22,616 bases of DNA, taken from contig NJBF01000047.1 in NCBI GenBank assembly GCA_003144275.1, positions 1-22,616 of the forward strand. The letters run 5' to 3'. The position numbers and the translations under genes were made by a program. Below the pieces are notes generated by a model. That model did not search any database, was not told the DNA's origin, and saw nothing but the letters and a program-made list of their open reading frames with translations. Origin of the DNA: Candidatus Heimdallarchaeota archaeon B3_Heim (GTDB lineage: Archaea > Asgardarchaeota > Heimdallarchaeia > Hodarchaeales > Hodarchaeaceae). Positions 1-6,949 of the stretch are shown piece by piece; the first letter of the stretch is position 1; the number at the start of each line of letters is the position of its first letter.

Positions 1-217
1 TTAGAATCGTGGCCTAACTCTTACTTGATAGCGGAAAGGTTATTTTAAAGGTCAGGTGATAAAAATGTGATGAACTAATCCATTAGACTTAAAACGGCCA
101 GTGAATTGAAGTTACTCATCAATCGAGTAATCATCACTAATTGGCGTAGAATAACTATCTTGAGCTGCGTTTAGTTAAAAAGTTACCCAATTTGAATAAA
201 AAGAAGCAATTTATTTA

Positions 218-2701
218 CTAATTCCGTCTTATTATTTGAAAACTGATGGTTAAAATAACAAGACCGAAGATTATAACAAGAATAAGAGTAAATTCAGGAA
301 ATTCCAAAGAATCATTTGGAGAATAATTTCTATATTCTCCTTTTGCCAACCAGGCAACAGCATTAAATGATATTATTCGGTTTTGTTCAGAATTTCCATG
401 ATAAGCATATGTAGAGAATCCAATATTATCAAATGTGAGATCTGAGCCAAATAATAACACTCGACCACCACTGAAACTGGTATATGATGCAATAGTCGGA
501 TTACCATCATGTGTGGCAAAAATTGTAGTTTGAGAGCCTGTTGTTTGAAGATAATTACCTCGAAATGGAATTGTGGTTAGATGTTGGGTCCAGTTGTACG
601 AATTTATCACAGAAGTTTGTACGACCCACTCACTTCCTAAATTTTGTATTTGTAAATCAAAATAGGCCATAAAATTATTTAAAGCTGGAATATCACAATA
701 AGAGCTATCTGTACTTATAACAAGAAGACCTCCTCCATTATCCACGAAATCATAGAGGGTTTGAACAGAATCAGAAGGAATAGCAAGAAAGTTTGTTCCA
801 GGATTACTAACCCAATCCATATAAATATCCGATGCTAAAGAAAATGGATTAGCTAATATTACCACATCAAAGCTGTTTAAATATTCTTCAGTCAATTCTC
901 CACGAATATTGGGAGTAACGGAGTAGTTGTTTTCATACGATAAATACCTCACAAAATTAGAATACATCCCGATCGTGTTTGAGGCATCTCCTTGAATTTC
1001 ATACACTGCAGTACCAAATCCATGTTTAGCAATACGGTTAAAGCTTTCATCAAATAAAATACGTGCCACAGGATTCCTTATTTCAAATTTAATTGGTAAC
1101 TCTTGATCACCCACCATTACAGAGCTGTTGATATATTGTGGCGAGTAGTTCGTAGGAATGTTGATCTGTACTGGGATCAACTTAGAATTATTCAAAATAA
1201 CGCCACTATCTGGAAATTTTAATATTTCTGACAAAGGCTCTGGAATATCAAAGTTTATTTTTTTCACTCTACTTGATATTACTGTAAGGTTGAATTCTAA
1301 ATTATTCTCTGTAAATAATATCTCATATGGATCAATTGGTAGTTCTTGGGGGTGAAGATATAGGATATCAGGGGTGTTATTTACAAGTGGTGATGATTGA
1401 ATTACCTCTATTGCGCGTGACACATTTACAAAGCCAGCTCCTTGTCTCCATGGCTGAAATCCCATGTCTGTTGACCCTGAAAGGAGAGCACTTTTAATAG
1501 TGCCTGGAGTGTAGGAGAGATTCATTCCTTTGAGATAATCAATAAGTAACGTGGCTGCTCCTGCTGTAATAGGTGATGCCATAGATGTCCCAGATTTTGT
1601 CACATATCCTCCTCCTGAATTACTTGGGCCTAAGACATTGATACCTGGAGCAGTTATATCTGGTTTGATAGAATAGTCAGGTTTCGGTCCTTTAGAAGAA
1701 AAATCTGCCATAGTTCGTCCGGATGTGTCGCTTGCAGCAACAGCAATACATTGGAGGGCGGGAGCAGGATTGTTCAAAGATCCTCTATCACCATATTCTG
1801 ATCCCGAATTACCTGCAGAGACACAGAATACAATATTATGCGCAAAAGTGGCATAATTGATTAGTTCCTGTCGCATGCCTGTTCCTAAATTATGGTACTG
1901 TCCCAGAGAAATATTTATTACATCGACAGTGTTGTTAATAAGATATTCAATAGCTTCTAATATTCCTAAAGTAGTTTCTTCCCCTCCTCCACCTCCAGCA
2001 CCTGTAACACTTGTTGAATGGATAACTTTGGCACTAAATATCTCCGCACTTGGAGCTAATCCTGATGAATTCCCCGCTGCTAACCCTGCAACATGAGTAC
2101 CGTGACTCCACTCATCTGTAGTGCTTGTTATATCTTGAGAGTAACCATTGGTTTGAGTAACAAAAACTGCTCTACCTTTTATTCTTGTACCAAATTCCTC
2201 ATGAGGTGAAACTCCAGTATCGATTATCCCAATTTTAACTCGACTACCTGTATAACCTAACTGATGTACTTTTTCCGCACCTGTGGATTCAATAATAGAC
2301 TGTACTGAATCAATTGTTTCCTCTATTTCTCCGTTATCAATAATAAATGAAGATTTAGAGTGAATTATTGATTCTATACTTATGATTTTCTTCTTATATT
2401 CTTGAAGGAATGAAATGATGCGCGATTCGTCTGTAAATTGAAATCGCACAATGGGAAAATAGTTGTATTTCTTAATGATAACCGATTCATATTTCTCCAA
2501 TACTGGTATAGAGTTTTTAAAAAATATCAGGACATCCAAGTTATCTTTGCTTGCAGTATCTTGGATTGTTTGGTCAGTGAGAATTGTTTTATATCCATGA
2601 AAGTGTCCAGTTTCAATTTTAGGAGAGGAATTAACAAAAATTAGCGAAGCTACAAAGAAAATCACAAAAACAAGATTGCTTTTTCGAATTTTTCCTTTCA
2701 T
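218..2701 (-). CDS. Membrane-anchored S8 (subtilisin-like) serine peptidase with Site-1-protease-like architecture
   Basis: N-terminal hydrophobic signal; I9-like prodomain; catalytic motifs IIDTG (Asp), HGTHVAG (His), AGNSG (oxyanion Asn), GTSMASP (Ser); then an Ig-like segment, a GIFT/IFT52-like alpha/beta domain (RILFDESFN...FDVVILANP...DNGGGLLVIS...DIPALNNF...GGRVLLFG) and a C-terminal TM helix followed by RRN. Confidence 0.9.
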   Translation of the reverse strand: MKGKIRKSNLVFVIFFVASLIFVNSSPKIETGHFHGYKTILTDQTIQDTASKDNLDVLIFFKNSIPVLEKYESVIIKKYNYFPIVRFQFTDESRIISFLQEYKKKIISIESIIHSKSSFIIDNGEIEETIDSVQSIIESTGAEKVHQLGYTGSRVKIGIIDTGVSPHEEFGTRIKGRAVFVTQTNGYSQDITSTTDEWSHGTHVAGLAAGNSSGLAPSAEIFSAKVIHSTSVTGAGGGGGEETTLGILEAIEYLINNTVDVINISLGQYHNLGTGMRQELINYATFAHNIVFCVSAGNSGSEYGDRGSLNNPAPALQCIAVAASDTSGRTMADFSSKGPKPDYSIKPDITAPGINVLGPSNSGGGYVTKSGTSMASPITAGAATLLIDYLKGMNLSYTPGTIKSALLSGSTDMGFQPWRQGAGFVNVSRAIEVIQSSPLVNNTPDILYLHPQELPIDPYEILFTENNLEFNLTVISSRVKKINFDIPEPLSEILKFPDSGVILNNSKLIPVQINIPTNYSPQYINSSVMVGDQELPIKFEIRNPVARILFDESFNRIAKHGFGTAVYEIQGDASNTIGMYSNFVRYLSYENNYSVTPNIRGELTEEYLNSFDVVILANPFSLASDIYMDWVSNPGTNFLAIPSDSVQTLYDFVDNGGGLLVISTDSSYCDIPALNNFMAYFDLQIQNLGSEWVVQTSVINSYNWTQHLTTIPFRGNYLQTTGSQTTIFATHDGNPTIASYTSFSGGRVLLFGSDLTFDNIGFSTYAYHGNSEQNRIISFNAVAWLAKGEYRNYSPNDSLEFPEFTLILVIIFGLVILTISFQIIRRN

Positions 2702-2704
2702 TGC

Positions 2705-3580
2705 TCAATACCAGTTCAGGACAGTATTAAGTCTCATAAAGGTGTCAGTTTCAAGTTGATGAATCTTTATACCTTTTCGTATCTCAATATGGAAATCTGG
2801 TGTCCCAACGCCAACCCAAGGTCCAGAATCCATGAATTTTAGGGAAATCTCATGTCTTTGTTCTAATGTTTCCACTCCTCTAATAACATTATCTCCTTCA
2901 ATAATTATGTGTTGAAGACCCTCTATTCCAGATGTCTCCAAAGAAATCCTAATCTTAAGTAAAGAGATATTTAAACGGTGTTGTGGATCATCAGGTGAAA
3001 TAGCTAACTTTTTTATAAGGCGTGCTCTAATCGGTTTAGAAGAAAACTTCTCAGGGGTTGAACTCAGATATGGGAGCAGTTCACCTTCCAATAGAGCAGA
3101 AGCAAGTGGTTTTTTTTCCAGTAAAATTTTATTGATCGAAGGAAGATAAATAAAACGATAGCACTCACGCAATGATCTAGTTCTGGATGAAAAATCGATT
3201 ACCAAAAGAAGGGCATGCTCGCAAAGATCAATTAATGTGAATTTTCCAGTTATTTTGCTAGCATCTTCTGGTAAATATTTGCTTATATCTATTTCTTTTG
3301 GTCTTAGGCGGATTTTCGATAACGATATTGGATTAGAAAGTTGGTATACTTGCCACCAAATATCTGTGAGAGCTAATGTACCAGCAAGTTTTTGTAGGTG
3401 ATTCATTCGATTGGAACTGAGTGAATGAAGAATAGATTTGGTTTTCTCAACATTTCCTTTTGAGAATAATCCCTTTGGTTCAAGTTCGATTGACGTGTTC
3501 AGCCATTTTCTCATCAATTCTGTAAAGACGTAAGTAGGAAACTGATCCAAAAAACTATAGTCAATGTCCAATGGAATCAT
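2705..3580 (-). CDS. Hypothetical protein; candidate CENP-N/CENP-L-like (TBP-like fold) protein
   Basis: 291-aa ORF, 3 nt from the peptidase start and 29 nt from the GTPase stop, so very likely a real gene. The family call rests on by-eye similarity to recalled CENP-N/CENP-L sequences (see findings); confidence refers to that call. Confidence 0.55.
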   Translation of the reverse strand: MIPLDIDYSFLDQFPTYVFTELMRKWLNTSIELEPKGLFSKGNVEKTKSILHSLSSNRMNHLQKLAGTLALTDIWWQVYQLSNPISLSKIRLRPKEIDISKYLPEDASKITGKFTLIDLCEHALLLVIDFSSRTRSLRECYRFIYLPSINKILLEKKPLASALLEGELLPYLSSTPEKFSSKPIRARLIKKLAISPDDPQHRLNISLLKIRISLETSGIEGLQHIIIEGDNVIRGVETLEQRHEISLKFMDSGPWVGVGTPDFHIEIRKGIKIHQLETDTFMRLNTVLNWY

Positions 3581-3609
3581 CTTTTTCTAAACTTGTGTGT
3601 GGAGTGTTT

Positions 3610-4158
3610 TCAACTGCGAATCTGATCAAAGAAAGATTGTGCTAAACGTTTGAAAGCGTCATCTACTTGGAGATTCTCTTTTGCTGAGGCGGAAATATAT
3701 CCTTGGGCACCAATCTTTCTTGCTAAGGCTTCTCCTTCGTCATCCTCTACCATACGATAATCTTCAAGATCGGTTTTATTTCCGACTAGAATGGTCTGAA
3801 TTGCGGATCTTGTAGAATCAGGTTGGCTGCAAAACTCCATGAGTTCTTTATGCCAAGGATCAACAATGTTTCTAAGTGTGTCAGCTCTTGTTACATCAAA
3901 AACGAACATAGCTAGATGAGCACCTTTGAAGAACATATGTCGAATTGCAGCAAAACGAGCCTGTCCACCAATATCATTGATACTAAGAGTGACAGTACGA
4001 CCATCCTCTAATTTAATCTGCTTAGATGAAATATCTAAACCAACTGTGAGCTGATACGAATTTCTAAACTTGGCATGGACAAATTGGGAAATTAATGAAG
4101 TTTTACCCACACCAGGGTCACCTAAAAGAACTAATTTAAGTACTAATTTTTGTTTCAT
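3610..4158 (-). CDS. Rab-like small GTPase (Ras superfamily)
   Basis: G1 GDPGVGKT, G2 LTVG, G3 DIGGQ, G4 NKTD, G5 SAK; RabF-like segments TVGLDI, RFAAI, FFKGA, FVFDVT. Start placed at ATG 4158 (MKQKLVLK) because a TATA-like element at 4244-4253 lies too close to ATG 4239. Confidence 0.93.
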   Translation of the reverse strand: MKQKLVLKLVLLGDPGVGKTSLISQFVHAKFRNSYQLTVGLDISSKQIKLEDGRTVTLSINDIGGQARFAAIRHMFFKGAHLAMFVFDVTRADTLRNIVDPWHKELMEFCSQPDSTRSAIQTILVGNKTDLEDYRMVEDDEGEALARKIGAQGYISASAKENLQVDDAFKRLAQSFFDQIRS

Positions 4159-4243
4159 AAATTGAATCCCCTGTCCTGCCCGATATTTATCTGTTATACT
4201 GATTCCATCCTTTATGCATTTGAAATAAGTGTATTTCATCCAG

Positions 4244-4260
4244 TATATAAAAAAATCGAA
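4244..4260 (-). promoter_or_regulatory. Putative archaeal TATA box upstream of the Rab-like GTPase
   Basis: Minus strand reads TTCGATTTTTTTATATACTGG; TTTATATA matches the archaeal TATA consensus and is flanked by two short inverted repeats. Confidence 0.4.
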
Positions 4261-4376
4261 ATAAACCTACAGTAAGTTTATTGGAAAAAATCCCCTATTT
4301 TCTTCCCATGCTTTTGAAGTGTTAAGAAAATGTCCAAAAATTCGATGGGGTTAATTAATAATCGTTTTTTACCTCT

Positions 4377-5114
4377 TTACCCAATTTTTTTTCTTGTTAA
4401 CCAAATTTTATGAAAAAACTCCAGTTTAAATCCAAATTTAACTCCCAACCAAACCCAACGAAGTGTATCTAATGTTGGTTTTATACGAGATCGACGCCGT
4501 TGTTCTGCATACATTGTTGTGATTGGAATTTGAATTAGTTTAATATTCTTTAACCAAGCAATATATAATAATTCAGTTTCCAAATCAAATTTCCTACATG
4601 TAAGTCCATAGTTCATGATTTCTTTAAGATATTTTAAGTTATATAGCCGAAATCCGCATTGAAGATCATCAATATTCCATTTCAACCAAAAATTGCACCA
4701 TTTTGAGGTCAAAGTGTTTGATATTCGATTTTTAACTGGCATCTGCAGATATTTTCTCTTTCCGTTGACTATACCGATATCACTTGCTCCATTTACAGTT
4801 GACAAGAATTTTGGTATATCTTCGGGGCTATGTTGTCCATCAGCGTCCAGAGTTAGTATCCATTTAACGCTTGGCATCTGAGAGATCACAGCCATAAATG
4901 CCTTTCTTAAAATAAACCCTTTTCCTTGATTACTTCGACTTCTGACCATTGCGACTCCTAAACGTCTTGCAATTAAAAGTGTATTATCGATTGATCCATC
5001 ATCTGCAACTAATATTTGTTTTCTTGTAAAATACTTATCTAACTGATGGATTACTCTTGACAGTGATAGCTCTTCATTGTAGGCTGGTATTATAACCATG
5101 GTTTCTTGTTTCAT
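4377..5114 (-). CDS. GT2 glycosyltransferase, DPM1/polyprenol-phosphate glycosyltransferase-like
   Basis: VIIPAYNEE, VADDGSID, NQGKG, TLDADGQH (DxD), DLQCGFRLY, FDLETELL motifs; no TM segments. ATG 5114 preferred over TTG 5117. Confidence 0.9.
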   Translation of the reverse strand: MKQETMVIIPAYNEELSLSRVIHQLDKYFTRKQILVADDGSIDNTLLIARRLGVAMVRSRSNQGKGFILRKAFMAVISQMPSVKWILTLDADGQHSPEDIPKFLSTVNGASDIGIVNGKRKYLQMPVKNRISNTLTSKWCNFWLKWNIDDLQCGFRLYNLKYLKEIMNYGLTCRKFDLETELLYIAWLKNIKLIQIPITTMYAEQRRRSRIKPTLDTLRWVWLGVKFGFKLEFFHKIWLTRKKIG

Positions 5115-5492
5115 CAATAGTATGTTCCTCGATGAAAAAAACTCGTCTATTCAATAGTAAGAGAAGTTAATCGTACAAGAGTTAAGATAAATGAGTATTA
5201 ATATTGTTTTGGAAAAGCAATGTGTTTTGTTGGAAATTTCAATTCTCTTTGGACGAGAAAAACTGAGGATTCGCTTATTTGACATCCCGATTTCGAATTA
5301 AGTATAAAAATTCAATACCCGTAATTTTTTTCAGAATAAATAAAAACAAATGTAAGAAGCCAACACATGGCGTATACAAGTGAATTTGACGCGTTAGCAT
5401 ATGTTTCTACATGAAAGTGGTAGAAATAAGCTAATAAATAAGATTTACTGGTTATAACGTGAAATTTTCTTAAATTACTGAGTTTAGGCCAA

Positions 5493-5522
5493 TTATTATA
5501 ACAATAAAAAAAGCATATGGAG
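5493..5522 (+). promoter_or_regulatory. Putative TATA box and GGAG ribosome-binding site for the ACT-domain gene
   Basis: TTATTATA at 5493-5500 and GGAG at 5519-5522, upstream of ATG 5530. Confidence 0.4.
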
Positions 5523-5529
5523 AATTGAG

Positions 5530-6255
5530 ATGGCAACAGACAAGTCTGTCTCTAAAATTGTACATGAAATTTTAGACCAGGATCCCTCTCTCGTTCATGA
5601 ACTTCAGCAACGAAAGAGAGCTCAACGAGAAATAGCTAAGAAAATCAAAGCACAACTAATTGATAACACAGATTTTTCTACTAAGGATCCCGTTAAATTA
5701 GAAGGAAACGTGGCGGTAGCAATAACCCGCTATCTTAAACGACTTCGTGAACAACAAGAGGAATTTCTTGGAGTAAAACGTGTGCAAAGTGTACTGAAAC
5801 GAGGTACAACTGAAGTACTCGACGGGTTAAAACACTACAAGATCAATTTACCTTCAAATGTTGACAGTAAAGAAGTGCTAGATCTTATTTTCACGCAGAT
5901 TCAAAAAGATGATCTTAATTCCGCCTGTTTAAGTCAGAATAGTGTAGAGCTGTATGTTAAAAAAATGGCGGAAAATGGCTTTATAGAAATGCTAAAGAAT
6001 TTCTCGGGAGTTAATTTTATTAAATTGCACGATTCACTTAGCCTTCTAAGATTAATGTTACCACATCAAGCTGCTGAAATCCCTGGTATTCTTGCACATA
6101 TATCTTCTCTCTTAGCAGATCAAGCCATAAGCATATATGATACAATGGTACTGCATGATGATCACTTAATAATCGTCTTTGTAATAAACGAGCAACATGC
6201 TTCGAAAGCAAGAGACATTTTATTGAAACTTAACAATGAAATCGTATCTAATTAA
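5530..6255 (+). CDS. Archaeal ACT-domain-containing protein (N-terminal helical, possibly DNA-binding region; C-terminal ACT)
   Basis: C-terminal ACT pattern IPGILAHISSLLADQAISIYDTM...LIIVFVINEQHASKARDIL; N-terminus (IVHEILDQDPSL...REIAKKIK...VAVAITRY) resembles the archaeal ~220-aa ACT family. Confidence 0.75.
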   Translation: MATDKSVSKIVHEILDQDPSLVHELQQRKRAQREIAKKIKAQLIDNTDFSTKDPVKLEGNVAVAITRYLKRLREQQEEFLGVKRVQSVLKRGTTEVLDGLKHYKINLPSNVDSKEVLDLIFTQIQKDDLNSACLSQNSVELYVKKMAENGFIEMLKNFSGVNFIKLHDSLSLLRLMLPHQAAEIPGILAHISSLLADQAISIYDTMVLHDDHLIIVFVINEQHASKARDILLKLNNEIVSN

Positions 6256-6270
6256 GGAAAGGACTATTAC

Positions 6271-6912
6271 ATGAAGTTGATTGTTTTAGGTGCTCCTGGT
6301 TCAGGGAAAGGTACTCAAGCTAAATTCATCACTCAAAAACACCGAATTCCACAAGTTAGTACGGGCGACTTGCTACGAGATGCCGTAAAACGAAAAACTA
6401 CCCTTGGTGTGAAAGCTAAAGAGTTCATGAATACAGGTAACTTGGTACCAGACGCGATTGTGCTTGATCTATTGAAAGGACGATTGATGAAAGATGATTG
6501 TTTACATGGATTCATACTAGATGGATATCCAAGGAATATCGCGCAAGCCAACCAACTTGCTAAAATTACTGATATCGATCTTGTAATCAATATCAGTGTC
6601 GATTATGGGTTGTTAGTCAAGAGAATCACTGGGAGACGAACCTGTAAAGTATGTGGCTCAATTTTTCATCTTGAATTTAACCCGCCTTCCAAAGTAGGAA
6701 TATGTGATAAATGCTCAGGAGAATTATTTCAACGCTCAGATGATACAGAAGAAACAGTAAAAAAACGTCTGAATACGTATGAAAATCAGACTAAACCATT
6801 AATTGAGTATTATTCGTCTCAAAAATTACTTCAAACACTTATTAGTGATGGTACGATAAAAGAAATGCGTCATAAGGTTAACGATCTCTTGGAAAAAACG
6901 TTCGGTAGTTAG
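6271..6912 (+). CDS. adk: Adenylate kinase (LID-containing, zinc-binding type)
   Basis: P-loop GAPGSGKGTQA, STGDLLR, LVPD, FILDGYPR, LID with CKVC...CDKC, QRSDD. Confidence 0.97.
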   Translation: MKLIVLGAPGSGKGTQAKFITQKHRIPQVSTGDLLRDAVKRKTTLGVKAKEFMNTGNLVPDAIVLDLLKGRLMKDDCLHGFILDGYPRNIAQANQLAKITDIDLVINISVDYGLLVKRITGRRTCKVCGSIFHLEFNPPSKVGICDKCSGELFQRSDDTEETVKKRLNTYENQTKPLIEYYSSQKLLQTLISDGTIKEMRHKVNDLLEKTFGS

Positions 6913-6949
6913 AGAAAGAATTCTCCATCAAACTTTGATTTTTACGGTT

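Noticed and set aside
1-200. Minus-strand frame reading AAQDSYSTPISDDYSIDE*LQFTGRFKSNG..., suggestive of a decayed gene
   Set aside because: Multiple stops, no start codon, no recognisable family, and cut off by the window edge.
1979-2000. CCTCCTCCACCTCCA low-complexity run
   Set aside because: Simply encodes the GAGGGGG loop of the S8 domain; not an independent repeat element.
5312-5536. 74-aa minus-strand ORF in the divergent intergenic region
   Set aside because: Aromatic-rich composition typical of AT-rich non-coding DNA; overlaps the promoter and start of the ACT gene.
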